From: Candidatus Moraniibacteriota bacterium | GTDB taxonomy: Bacteria > Patescibacteriota > Minisyncoccia > Moranbacterales > GCA-2747515 | DNA length: 60,302 nucleotides | NCBI GenBank assembly: GCA_040772365.1 | Contig: JAXGYI010000004.1 | Coordinates: 1 to 60,302 of the forward strand | Direction: 5' to 3' | Part shown: positions 39,733-49,996 of the stretch, in pieces | Layout: each line of letters opens with the position of its first letter | Numbering within the stretch: position 1 is the stretch's first letter | Made by a program: the position numbers and the translations under genes | The notes under the pieces: model-generated | Database searches by the model: none | What the model saw: only the letters and a program-made list of their open reading frames with translations | Told to the model about the DNA's origin: nothing

Positions 39733-40413
39733 CTATGTAATCTTTTTGTGACAAATATCAGCAAGTACGCATGTTGCACAGCGCGGCGTGCGCACACACA
39801 CCGCGCGCCCATGCGTAATGAGGTGCTCATTCCACGCAAGATAATCCTGTGGTGCGACAATGTGATCTAGCTCCCCACTCATCGCCGTCGGCGTTTTTGC
39901 CGTGCTCATCCCAAAGCGACGACATAAACGAAAGACGTGCGTGTCCACTGCTACGCCGGCGTTGATGCCGCACGCTTTTGCAAGTACAATGTATGCCGTT
40001 TTTTTGGACACGCCCCGCAACGTCAGCAGTTCCGCAAGTGTACACGGTACCTTACCATCAAACTGCTCATCAATAATCCGCCCCGTTTCTTTGAGCGCCT
40101 GTGCTTTGGATTTATAGAAACCTGTGGAATAAATCTCTTGTTCCAATGTTGCAATATCAGCATCAGCATAGGCACGTGCCGTACGATATTTGCGAAACAG
40201 TGTTTTAGTAACGGTATTGACGCGTGCGTCCGTGCACTGCGCCGACAAAATCGTGCCCACCACAAGCTCCAACGGCGTCGTCCACAGTACAAACGGCCCC
40301 GTGACGGGATAGGTTACGCGCAGACGCCGCAAAATTTCCCGCGCCCACACCACCTTATCTTTCATAATCGCTGTATTCATTTTCATACACGCATTGTCCC
40401 ACACAGTCTGCAA
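39733..40413 (-). CDS. nth: Endonuclease III
   Basis: ILSAQCTDARVN, STGFYKSKA, HhH LRGVSKKTA, VDTHV, CVRTPRCATCVLADIC (4Fe-4S). The true start may be a little downstream. Confidence 0.95.
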   Translation of the reverse strand: MQTVWDNACMKMNTAIMKDKVVWAREILRRLRVTYPVTGPFVLWTTPLELVVGTILSAQCTDARVNTVTKTLFRKYRTARAYADADIATLEQEIYSTGFYKSKAQALKETGRIIDEQFDGKVPCTLAELLTLRGVSKKTAYIVLAKACGINAGVAVDTHVFRLCRRFGMSTAKTPTAMSGELDHIVAPQDYLAWNEHLITHGRAVCVRTPRCATCVLADICHKKIT

Positions 40414-40484
40414 AAAATCAAAACATCACACCGCTACTCCTAGACAGTGCATGTTTTTACTGCTACACTTGTAATGTTTTATTG

Positions 40485-40567
40485 GCTGGGGTGGCGGAAT
40501 GGTAGACGCACCAGGTTTAGGCCCTGGCGGGAGCAATCCTGTGGAGGTTCAAGTCCTCTCCCCAGCA
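40485..40567 (+). tRNA. tRNA-Leu(TAG)
   Basis: Acceptor GCTGGGG/CCCCAGC plus discriminator A; anticodon arm CCAGG-TTTAGGC-CCTGG; long variable arm; no encoded CCA; TGCTACACT at 40461 upstream. Confidence 0.95.
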
Positions 40568-40578
40568 CAAATTTTGCA

Positions 40579-40607
40579 GACTCTCGCGTCAAATAGGCGC
40601 GAGAGTC
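40579..40607. terminator. Hairpin between tRNA-Leu and the convergent large gene
   Basis: GACTCTCGCG (40579-88) / CGCGAGAGTC (40598-607). Confidence 0.65.
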
Positions 40608-40629
40608 ATTGCGCTCTGCGAAACACACG

Positions 40630-43140
40630 CTACTGCGCAGATGTTGTAGTGGTGCGTACGGTAGGACAAAACACATATGTGCCACCGACAAGCATTTTGA
40701 CTTTGATACGGTATGCTGTGTTTGGCTGCAAGTCTTCCATCGCCATTTGCACACGCCCATCAGATGCCGGTGTGCCATAGAGTTTGGCAAAAACGCGCTC
40801 GCCAGTTTTCACGTTCTCCGCCTCTGCCTTGAATTTCATCTCCGTGCCGCTATGTGCCTTACCGGCAGAAATACGCATAGTTGCCGCTGTTGTTCCAATA
40901 TCGGCAATTGCCTCAAGCGCACAGCGATCAGATGATCCTTTTTCGAGTATACCGTTCTGTGTGCGTTGTGCAGATACTGTGGATTGTGCCGCCGCCACAA
41001 CTGGACGCGCACGCAAGCGATGACGTTCACGCGTCGCAGTACACTCTGCCACGTGCACAGTACCACGACACTGCCAATATACCGCTTCATCACTATCAGG
41101 AAATTGCGGTACTGTGTCTACTACACCATCAGCACATAAAGCACCTTCGAATGCCGTAGCATCAGGAGTATAGACACGTGCTGCGTCACCACACGCCCCA
41201 TCACGCACGGCGTGACGTACATGATATGTAACCTGCACAGCATGTAGTGTTGGCATGCGATGTGCATCGCCCTTGTACAGCTGCGCACGCCACCGTAGAC
41301 CCTGTGGCTCCTGCTCAAACACAATATCCGTATCACGCTGGACGCGATGCCACGTTGTGCCACCATCACCTGAGAGTGCATATGTGATACGCGTTCCTTT
41401 TGGTATATCTGCATCCGCTGTGATCGTTGCGCGCACAATGCCCGCTGCTCCGCCACTGACATCATGTGATTGTACCGTACGGGGTGACTGAATCACTGTT
41501 GGTACAAAAGCATATTGCACACGATCTTCCTGCTGTTGCGACTGCACCCACAGCAACGCTGGATCACCATGTGAGGTTGCGGCAAGAACAAACGATCTAA
41601 CACCTCGTGTTGCTACACGGTCCTGCTCTGGCGAGAACCGATCCATTGCCGTCCACTGCGTGCCGTTCCAGCGCATTGTGTAGAGATTGCCACTGTGATT
41701 TTCCACCCATGCGACAACCGGTGCCTGCTCCGCATCACGAATCATTGCAACACGCTGTACACCGCCGCGACGTACGGATACAATGTCATCCATGCCTGGT
41801 GCTATACCATCTAGTGTGATAATTTCCACACCCGTCCACGTACCAATCATCACGCGACTCGGCTGTGTGCCCGCACCATAGCACAGTACCAATGGCATAT
41901 GCGTATCTGTGAAATCTATTTGTACGCGATCTTCTCCGTGTGTCAGTGGCAGTGAATATGTATTCCACCGCTCATCCCAGTACTGCATGTGTAATTCTGT
42001 TGTCCCATCGGCTTTTTGCATAACCACTGCTACCACTGGCATATGCTGTGCATCATACGCAACAGCGCTATCACGCACATGTCCTTCATCCTCTGTAACA
42101 AAGGTATTGTCTTGTAGAGGTTGCCACTGCTGATCACGCCATACGACATGCTTTACATTACCGCTTTGCATAACAGCGGAAATTGTCGGTACATCAGCAG
42201 GAAGATCGTAATCCACGAACACACGCTGTACATGCCCATAATCATTCTCCGCAAAAAGAGTATCGTGTCCAACATCACCACTCATCGTTACCCACTGCGT
42301 ACCATCCCAACGCGTGAAAAGTACAGATGCGGCATCGTGATCTACAGTCACAACTGTAGGCTGTCCCGCGTTATTGCGAACCATTTTGAGCTGGAAATCG
42401 ACTGTATCACTCTGCCCTGCTCGCGCCATTATTCCCTGATCACTCCCATCGATCATGAGCCACGCCTGTCCATTCCACCGCACAACAAAAATCGCCTGCA
42501 CACCATCGCGCACACCAATCCATGCAACAATCGGCATATTGTCACCATCTATAATGATCTGCGGTGATGCCACTTGACACATCGCCGCGGTATCACATGC
42601 CATCGCACTGTAGGCAATCTCATCCCATACTGCATCTGTGCCATGTGCACGCCAAGATCCATTCTGCCACCGACTCACAAAGAGATGCGCTGCTCTATCT
42701 GTCCATACAGCATAGGGATGTCCATCGCGATCATATGTCATCACAGCATCTGCTATATGCGCACCACGTGCAATAAGATCCTCTCCGGCCTTCTTCCCAT
42801 TCGCATGCATCCATGCACCCGTTTCATCAACCATAGTAAAACTCCCCTCCTGCTCATTCCATGCTGCATCTGTTGCCTCTAAGTCAATGCGTGTACGCGT
42901 TGTCAATTGATCCTCGCTACGTACCTGCTCCACAACCTCATACACATGATCGCCGTGCTCCTGGGCCTCCACCACATCACGCGGATGGTCAATAACGATC
43001 GTTTTCGGCACTTGCCGTATAAACAATTCCCTGACCATATCCACAACACCCGCATCCGCGCACAGCGGTACAAAGATAAGACTTGACAGAACCCCCACCC
43101 CACTATAAAAAAAACGTCGCCACAAAAAATGATATCGCAT
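40630..43140 (-). CDS. Large secreted repeat protein (probable beta-propeller, Cys-rich module, FN3-like end)
   Basis: Signal-like FFYSGVGVLSSLIFVPLCADA; recurrent RW(N/D)GxxW repeats; GACG...LCADG...WQC module; LQPNTAYRIKV. Start at 43140 is supported by TGGTACAAT at 43191-43183. Confidence 0.75.
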   Translation of the reverse strand: MRYHFLWRRFFYSGVGVLSSLIFVPLCADAGVVDMVRELFIRQVPKTIVIDHPRDVVEAQEHGDHVYEVVEQVRSEDQLTTRTRIDLEATDAAWNEQEGSFTMVDETGAWMHANGKKAGEDLIARGAHIADAVMTYDRDGHPYAVWTDRAAHLFVSRWQNGSWRAHGTDAVWDEIAYSAMACDTAAMCQVASPQIIIDGDNMPIVAWIGVRDGVQAIFVVRWNGQAWLMIDGSDQGIMARAGQSDTVDFQLKMVRNNAGQPTVVTVDHDAASVLFTRWDGTQWVTMSGDVGHDTLFAENDYGHVQRVFVDYDLPADVPTISAVMQSGNVKHVVWRDQQWQPLQDNTFVTEDEGHVRDSAVAYDAQHMPVVAVVMQKADGTTELHMQYWDERWNTYSLPLTHGEDRVQIDFTDTHMPLVLCYGAGTQPSRVMIGTWTGVEIITLDGIAPGMDDIVSVRRGGVQRVAMIRDAEQAPVVAWVENHSGNLYTMRWNGTQWTAMDRFSPEQDRVATRGVRSFVLAATSHGDPALLWVQSQQQEDRVQYAFVPTVIQSPRTVQSHDVSGGAAGIVRATITADADIPKGTRITYALSGDGGTTWHRVQRDTDIVFEQEPQGLRWRAQLYKGDAHRMPTLHAVQVTYHVRHAVRDGACGDAARVYTPDATAFEGALCADGVVDTVPQFPDSDEAVYWQCRGTVHVAECTATRERHRLRARPVVAAAQSTVSAQRTQNGILEKGSSDRCALEAIADIGTTAATMRISAGKAHSGTEMKFKAEAENVKTGERVFAKLYGTPASDGRVQMAMEDLQPNTAYRIKVKMLVGGTYVFCPTVRTTTTSAQ

Positions 43141-43281
43141 AATTCTGTAACACCGAACATCCATATTACTGTGTTTATGTGTATTGTACCATAGAACATT
43201 TGCGAGGAATGCTATGCGCCTGTGCATAACTTTTCGATACACTCATCGCATCCACACAATCCGTACATCCAATATCTCTTC

Positions 43282-44322
43282 TCAAAAATCCCAGCTGCCA
43301 TTCATACTGCTGGATTGCGTGTAATTCACTACCGTCGATTCAAAGAAGTTGCTTTTATCACTATTAGTATCCTGCAAGCGATCCAAGTGTTTATATGGAT
43401 TACGCACAGCAGTGCTATAGAGTGGTGCAAGTCCCAGAAGTTCCAGTCGTTGATTAGCCAACCAGTGCGTATATTCCTGTGTTGTTTTTTTATTCATGCC
43501 AGGAATCTTATTCCCTACAATATGCGTGCCCCAAGCAATCTCTTGCATAACAGCTTCCTCCATCATTGTCCGAATCACATGCTCATCATAGATCGCAGGA
43601 AACTCTCCCTTGATTTCCTTGATAAGATGTGCAAATAATGTCACATGTGTAAGTTCATCGCGCCGAATATACGAAATCATCCGCCCTGTAGCAAGCATCT
43701 TCATCTGATCCACTAGTGTGTCAAAAAATGCAAAACCGTTGTAGAAGTACAGTGACTCCAAAAGATAATTCGCAACAATACCGCGGAAGAAATTCTTGTC
43801 CGTTGGATTGTCAATAAAATCTTGATAGATATCGCCAATGTATTTATTGCGTGCCAAGAGAATCTTATCATCACGCCAAAAATAATAAATTTCATCACGT
43901 TCCTTAGAATCTACCACTGTCTCCAAAATTGTGGCATACGACTGCGAATGAATCGCCTCCTGATATGCCTGAATAGATAAGATAAGCTTGACCTCCGGGC
44001 TTGTTACGTAGTCCGAAAAGTGTGGCAGATTTACAGTTTGTACAGAGTCCAAAAAAATGAGAAATGAGAGGATGCCTTTGTAAGCGCGCTGCTCTTCCGC
44101 TGTAAGCACTGTCGTAAACATCCGTGCATCATCTTTCAATCCCGATACCTTTTCCGGGACCCAGAAGTTTCCGATCATGACATGGTATAGCGCTGTCGCC
44201 CATGAATACTTTGTTGCATTGAGTTGAAATAGTCCCGTCGGATTACCTTTGATGATTGTACGTGCAGCAACATCATCGGTGCCTTTTGGATTAAATAATG
44301 CACTATAATTCATCTTCATCAT
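43282..44322 (-). CDS. nrdB: Class I ribonucleotide reductase small subunit
   Basis: NFWVPE, FLDSVQ, EAIHSQSY (radical Tyr), LESLYFYNGF, RRDELTHV. Confidence 0.95.
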   Translation of the reverse strand: MMKMNYSALFNPKGTDDVAARTIIKGNPTGLFQLNATKYSWATALYHVMIGNFWVPEKVSGLKDDARMFTTVLTAEEQRAYKGILSFLIFLDSVQTVNLPHFSDYVTSPEVKLILSIQAYQEAIHSQSYATILETVVDSKERDEIYYFWRDDKILLARNKYIGDIYQDFIDNPTDKNFFRGIVANYLLESLYFYNGFAFFDTLVDQMKMLATGRMISYIRRDELTHVTLFAHLIKEIKGEFPAIYDEHVIRTMMEEAVMQEIAWGTHIVGNKIPGMNKKTTQEYTHWLANQRLELLGLAPLYSTAVRNPYKHLDRLQDTNSDKSNFFESTVVNYTQSSSMNGSWDF

Positions 44323-44344
44323 TGCTATTGTTCTTACTACTTAA

Positions 44345-46963
44345 CTAACCACTACAACTCACACATACAGGCGCGCTTTGTTGCACCTCGCCAGACAAGC
44401 TGCGCACATAGTAGATCGTCTTAATCTTCCTCTCCCACGCATACATGTAGTAATCATAGAGCTGCTTTGGGCTGGTGCGCGCAGGATTAATCATCCACTC
44501 AAAGCTGATAGACTGATCCACCCATTGATAAATCACCGCCATCATCGCGATCACATCCATCATGTCCATGGACACATATTCCTTATAGTACCAATAGTTG
44601 TCCTTAGTCAGGTGCGGTGCAACGCGCACAGTTGGCGCGGAAAGATTAGTCTCTACAAAATAGCGTTTATAGATCGGCAACAGTGCCGCCGTCGTACCAA
44701 CGACGCCCGCCGTTGACGTGTTTGGTGCAGGCGCTGTGTGATAACCAAAACGCACGCCGTATTTCTTCATATCAGCAAAAAGCTTTTTCCACTGTGCAGG
44801 ACGTGTAGTGTTCTTGGTATACCATGACACTGAACGTCCCAAGAGTACGCCCTTACTGTAATCACTACCAGGAAACAATGCGTAGGCACCACGCTCACGC
44901 GCCAGATTCACCGATGCGCGATACGTATAATAGGCGTACTTCTCAAAAAGCGTATTCACTACTGCGCGCGCCTTCTCACTCTCATAGGCAATCTTACGCG
45001 TCGCTAAATACTCCGCCAAGCCCAAGTAGCCCACCCCTACACTACGATAGCGCAACGCGGTACGCTCTGCCTCCTTGATGGGATAGTAGTTCAGTGTAAT
45101 CACATTATCCAAAACACGCATCATTACCGGCATTACCGCGGCAATCGTTGTATTATCATGCACCTTTGCCACATTGATAGATGCAAGATTGCACACTACA
45201 AAATCTCCCGGCTCATAGCGAATCACGATTGTACCGTCCTCCAGGGACTCTTCAATAAATGTCGTTGGTGATGTGTTTTGACAAATTTCCGTGCACAGTT
45301 GCGAACTGTAGATACTACCGACATGACGATTGGGATTAACGGCATTAACGGTGTCGCGAAAAAACGTATAAGGCATACCCGTTTCCACAACCGTCTTCAT
45401 GAATTTCTTAAACAGATCCCGCGCTTTGACAACTTTCTTCAGCATGATGTCGTCACCCTCCAGCTGCTCATAGAACGTCTCAAATTCTTTACCAAAGTGA
45501 TCTTGCAATTTTTTGCCATACTTTTTTTCCACCTCGTGTGGATCAAACAGTGTCCACACACCATCATCTTGGACACGACGCATGAACAGATCCGGCATAG
45601 AAACGGCAGGAAAAACATCAAATGCCTTGGCACGAATATCGCCGGTCTCCGTCTGCAAGTCCAAGAAGTCATAGATGTCTGCGTGCCACACATCCAGTGT
45701 CACCGAAATAGCACCAAGTCGTGATCCTAACTGGTTGACGGCCACTGCCGTATCGTTAATGATCTTGACCCATGGATTCACACCGCCACTAGCTCCATAT
45801 ACACCACGAATTGCCGCACCACGTGCACGAATATTACCCAGATATACACCTACTCCGCCGCCAAACTTAGAAATCTGTGCCATGTTTTCAATGCCGTGAT
45901 AAATGGCACGTAAGTCATCATCAATATTCACTTTGAAGCAACTAGACAGCTGGTGATAATTTGTTCGCGCATTGAGCAATGTCGGCGTTGGTAGCGAAAT
46001 GCGTTGTTCAGAACAGTGCTTGTATAACTCTAGCGCAAATGCTAAACGGCGATCATCCTTTTCAGGGATGGCCAGGAAAAGCGCTACAGACATGTACATC
46101 TCCTGTGGCAGCTCTCGTGTCACGCCATTGGGATTGAGTAAGTATCGTGTATCTAGTGATAACACCGTCGTATACTCATACGATTGATCCGTTGCCTTAC
46201 ACAGGTGCTTCCCTGCTTCCAAAATATCCTCTTCAGAATAGTATGTGTAAAAATCTTTGTAGTATAAGCCCTCTGCAATATACGTGTCAAACAGATTTTT
46301 ATATGCTGCCGGCGTATAGAGTTCCTGCATCGTCATCGCACGATGACGCATTGCTTTTTTATACAAATTTCCTACAAAAATCCGTGCTGCCACATGCTGC
46401 CAGTGCGTGTTTTCCACGCTCACTAAATCAATGCATGTTTTCACAATCAGTGCTGTGATATCTGCTGTCTTGAGATCCTCCACGATGTTTTTAGCAAAGG
46501 CCTTCTCAAAAACTGTAAACGGGCATTGGCGCTTATATCCAACCGTTGCGCGATCCAAAACTTTTTTGATTTTGATCATATCAAATTTCTCGCGTCGCCC
46601 GTTATCCTTCACCACGGTTAGGGTATTGCGCGCAAATTTTTCTTGCAGACGCTTCTCCTGTTTCGCACGCTCGTCACTGCGTGCAGATCGATATAAAATA
46701 TACGCCTTTGCCACAGCAAAGCGATTGACACGCACGAGGTGTCGCTCCACAATATCCTGCACCTCTTCCACTGTTGGTATGCTTGTCTCCGCATCATCGT
46801 CATATGCTGTCACAATTTCTGCAACAATTGCATCCGTCAGATCCGTAATAAACACCTTATCAGTCTCACCAACTTCATCACATGCTCGTTCTACTGCACG
46901 CGCAATGCGCGTGGGATCAAACGGCACAATGACACCATTACGTTTTTCAATGTGTTGCACCAT
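44345..46963 (-). CDS. nrdA: Class I ribonucleotide reductase large subunit with two N-terminal ATP cones
   Basis: PTPTLLNA, LSSCF, GGGVG, SSQLCTEI, VCNLAS, APAPNTST, C-terminal CVSC. Start placed at ATG 46963; the ORF track starts at 47032. Confidence 0.96.
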   Translation of the reverse strand: MVQHIEKRNGVIVPFDPTRIARAVERACDEVGETDKVFITDLTDAIVAEIVTAYDDDAETSIPTVEEVQDIVERHLVRVNRFAVAKAYILYRSARSDERAKQEKRLQEKFARNTLTVVKDNGRREKFDMIKIKKVLDRATVGYKRQCPFTVFEKAFAKNIVEDLKTADITALIVKTCIDLVSVENTHWQHVAARIFVGNLYKKAMRHRAMTMQELYTPAAYKNLFDTYIAEGLYYKDFYTYYSEEDILEAGKHLCKATDQSYEYTTVLSLDTRYLLNPNGVTRELPQEMYMSVALFLAIPEKDDRRLAFALELYKHCSEQRISLPTPTLLNARTNYHQLSSCFKVNIDDDLRAIYHGIENMAQISKFGGGVGVYLGNIRARGAAIRGVYGASGGVNPWVKIINDTAVAVNQLGSRLGAISVTLDVWHADIYDFLDLQTETGDIRAKAFDVFPAVSMPDLFMRRVQDDGVWTLFDPHEVEKKYGKKLQDHFGKEFETFYEQLEGDDIMLKKVVKARDLFKKFMKTVVETGMPYTFFRDTVNAVNPNRHVGSIYSSQLCTEICQNTSPTTFIEESLEDGTIVIRYEPGDFVVCNLASINVAKVHDNTTIAAVMPVMMRVLDNVITLNYYPIKEAERTALRYRSVGVGYLGLAEYLATRKIAYESEKARAVVNTLFEKYAYYTYRASVNLARERGAYALFPGSDYSKGVLLGRSVSWYTKNTTRPAQWKKLFADMKKYGVRFGYHTAPAPNTSTAGVVGTTAALLPIYKRYFVETNLSAPTVRVAPHLTKDNYWYYKEYVSMDMMDVIAMMAVIYQWVDQSISFEWMINPARTSPKQLYDYYMYAWERKIKTIYYVRSLSGEVQQSAPVCVSCSG

Positions 46964-47057
46964 AGAGTGTGTGTTTACACTATTTTTTACTGCACGCAAG
47001 ATACTGCTGTTGAATAAAATACGGACTTTCATTGTAGCATGTCACTCATTGTCGTCA

Positions 47058-47116
47058 ACGCCACAACTTGTATATCAAAATGGCAAAAGAATACTACATA
47101 TTGTAGTATTCTTTTG
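47058..47116. promoter_or_regulatory. Putative tandem NrdR boxes upstream of nrdA
   Basis: ATACTACATATTGTAG (47091-47106) fits acaCwAtATaTwGtgt at all strong positions; weaker ACGCCACAACTTGTAT at 47058-47073 (33-bp spacing). Confidence 0.6.
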
Positions 47117-47184
47117 ATTCTGTCCTGCCTCTTACGCCACGTCAGCCATTACCTTCCAGGTCTATGCAGCCCAAAAATTCTATC

Positions 47185-48503
47185 TTATTGTGCACTGTAG
47201 TACTCTCCAATAACCTCACACCAACTCTGCGCCATTGCAATCGTTTCGCCATCCACAACAATCTTGTTTAGCGTTTCACCATTGCCGTACACAGCCTCAG
47301 CTCCAACATAATCACGATCCCACAGCCTCAGCGTCTCTGATTTATCAGTAAGCGCCACAGTGTCTCCGGAAGTAAGGTGTTTTTTATAGTAGCGCCATTT
47401 CTGCGCGTGACCACAGCGATCTTCTTTATCCCACGGCTTTGCTGCACGATAGAGCACTTCGCTACCATCTGGAGAAAAAGCAAGTACGAAAATACTTTCA
47501 CTCTTTCCATCAATCACGCCACGCACGTCACCTGAGACCGGATCAACAACATTGTACGCACTAGGCGATGTACCAGAGAGATGATTACAGATGTCCGTGA
47601 TCGTATTTTTCACAATCGCCATCATCATGCCATTATCACTCATCGGACCGGCAGACGCATTCACTGGTGTTTTTTTCATATGGCCACTTTTGACATCCAT
47701 AGACCATAACCCGGAAGTTTCGCCCATTAACTCAGCCACGATAACTTTTCCATCGCTTCTCCATGATAAAAGGTGAAACATACTTGTGTCATGGCTTTTT
47801 CTAATAACATGTCCCGTTTTTGTCGCCAAGTCAAAAATATGCACATAGGATCTCTGATCATCCTCTTCAGGAACGTTTTTTTGATCCCAGATCATCAGTT
47901 GAGCACCATCCGGAGAAAAGATAACGTTACGCACCTCTTTTTTTGGGATAAATATATCCGTAAGCTTTTTTGTTGCTATATCAAGCATCTGTAGCTTACT
48001 CTCAAGATTAATTAGGAGGAAGCGAGATCCGGACTCATGAGAAAGCCCGAGGGATACTCTCCTATCTTTCCGACATCCGCCAACATCTCCGGATTTCCGG
48101 ATCCCACTTTTCTAAAAATTCTCACTGTAGGCCATGCACGATGGCGTTTAGTTTCTTCAGATATCTGCTCAAAATATAGAATCACTGGAACCTTTTCTGC
48201 GACAGCATCGTGCTGCTGCACTGCATCATCATGACTTGTGCCGTGCTGCTCTACTATGACGTCTTGTGTAGCGTAATCTACAGCCTGGTCTACATCCTGC
48301 TCTACAGCAACATCACCGCCACGGTTATCATCACTACTCGTATCATTGTCTTGCATGTGAGAAAAGTAGTAATACATTCCCCCAAATAACCCACCAAAAA
48401 TCACAACGACCCCCGCAGCGATCCACAGAAAAATTTTCCACTTCTTCTTTTTACTGTACACATCATCATCAACAACTACTTGCGCATGTACACCTTTACG
48501 CAT
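47185..48503 (-). pseudogene. Membrane-anchored WD40/TolB-like beta-propeller gene split by a 1-nt frameshift (ORFs 48012-48503 and 47185-47988)
   Basis: Minus strand AGT CCG GAT CT CGC TTC CTC CTA ATT AAT...: adding one base at ~48025 gives SPDxRFLLINLESKLQMLDIATKK, joining both ORFs; FSPDG repeats downstream. Confidence 0.7.
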
Positions 48504-48743
48504 ATCCCCGTTATTACAGTTTAGAAGCTATTGTTAGTATAGCACACCACATCTACCACATCACCCCCCGTGTCACAATGTGCGCAACATCACGAAATAA
48601 AAAATACTACCTGTGGTAGCATCCTTACTTATGTTGATTTTATGATTTTTCCTCCTCCGTGGAAGAATAAAAGAACAATGTCACCCAACATGCATATGCC
48701 ATAGCACATTTTCACATCCTGTACAATCACACCACAGCTCACA

Positions 48744-49559
48744 TTACCACCCAAAAACTTTTTTAGCGTTTTTCATCGTAGCGTGTGCTACGTCTTCCAC
48801 GGATATACCGCGCACGTCCGCAATTTTGCAGGCAACCAGCACCACATCTTTCGGTTCGCAGCGACTGTCGCGCGGCAAAGGGCGCGGCGGTAAATACGGA
48901 CAATCCGTTTCTATAAGAAGCATCTCTAACGGTACCGTACGTATGAGTTTGTCATAGGAATCCCCATACGTCACAATTCCATTTAATCCGATCATGTAGC
49001 CCTCATCCACAAACTTCTGTGCTGTTTTCCATCCGCCTACAAAACTATGAATCACGCCGCGCTGTGTCACAGGCTTTTGTTGTAAGATTTCCAATACGTC
49101 ATCATAGGCATCCCAACAGTGCACGACGATTGGCTTGCCTACTGCATTACACACATCAATGCACCCGCGAAACACCTCTTTTTGTTTCTCTTTGATCGCC
49201 GCAACATCATCCGTATCTCCAAAATGATGGTAGTCCAATCCCACTTCACCAATCGCCACTACTTTGGCATCATGCGCCAACGCCGTATAAAACGCCGCAT
49301 CAAACACTTCCACGACACGCTCCCCTGGCGCCGCCTGTGCCGTAGCTGCGGCATGCAACGGGTGCATCCCAACCGTTGCCCACACATCGTGGTACGCATG
49401 CGCCACATCCACAGCGCACTGCGACGTGTGGCGATTTGTTCCCACCGTTACCATTGCCACAAGTCCCGCATCGCGCGCCCGCTTCACCACATCCGCCCTA
49501 TCTGCATCAAATTGTGCGTCATGCACGTGTGCATGCACATCGCAATATACCATAGACAT
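48744..49559 (-). CDS. tatD: TatD-family nuclease/hydrolase
   Basis: DVHAH, GMHP, AIGEVGLDY, VHCWDA, VIHSF, IETDCPYL; ATG 49559 overlaps the upstream stop (TGATG). Confidence 0.93.
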   Translation of the reverse strand: MSMVYCDVHAHVHDAQFDADRADVVKRARDAGLVAMVTVGTNRHTSQCAVDVAHAYHDVWATVGMHPLHAAATAQAAPGERVVEVFDAAFYTALAHDAKVVAIGEVGLDYHHFGDTDDVAAIKEKQKEVFRGCIDVCNAVGKPIVVHCWDAYDDVLEILQQKPVTQRGVIHSFVGGWKTAQKFVDEGYMIGLNGIVTYGDSYDKLIRTVPLEMLLIETDCPYLPPRPLPRDSRCEPKDVVLVACKIADVRGISVEDVAHATMKNAKKVFGW

Positions 49560-49996
49560 CATCGTGTTTTTTTGGCACACTTTTCCCGCAATGTCATCAC
49601 AGCAAACATGCCGAGGCTGATGATGACGAAGAGGCTGCCCATCCATGTGGAAACTTCTTCTTTGGAGGTTGGTATCACTGAGGGAAATCCCGTAGAACGT
49701 ACGGATGCTTGTGAAATCCATAGAGCTGCCAATATCATCCATATAGTGGAAAAGATGATCCATCGTTTGAATGTTTTGGTAGAGATGAAGAAGGTGAAGA
49801 GGGATGTGAAAAGAATACTGAGAGACATAAGAAATAATGGTTCTGAAAATGATTTACGCCATCCTACAAAAATACATTCCTTACCAGATATACAGAGATG
49901 ATACACATAGGGATCAAATGTAATATATCCAATGACCGTACTGATTAGAGATAACACAACAATCAAGATTTTATACTTCATTTTTTTCAGATTCAT
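49559..49996 (-). CDS. Small multi-TM membrane protein, paralog 2
   Basis: 145 aa, ~4 hydrophobic segments; C-terminal two-thirds nearly identical to 50053-50499. Confidence 0.8.
   Translation of the reverse strand: MNLKKMKYKILIVVLSLISTVIGYITFDPYVYHLCISGKECIFVGWRKSFSEPLFLMSLSILFTSLFTFFISTKTFKRWIIFSTIWMILAALWISQASVRSTGFPSVIPTSKEEVSTWMGSLFVIISLGMFAVMTLREKCAKKTR

Noticed and set aside
49560-49763. Long N-terminal extension of TatD in the ORF track
   Set aside because: It is an alternative frame of membrane paralog 2; TatD starts at the TGATG junction (49559).
49119-49901. 260-aa plus-strand ORF, and similar shadows such as 46407-47117 and 33854-34447
   Set aside because: Antisense shadows of well-supported genes, with no motifs.
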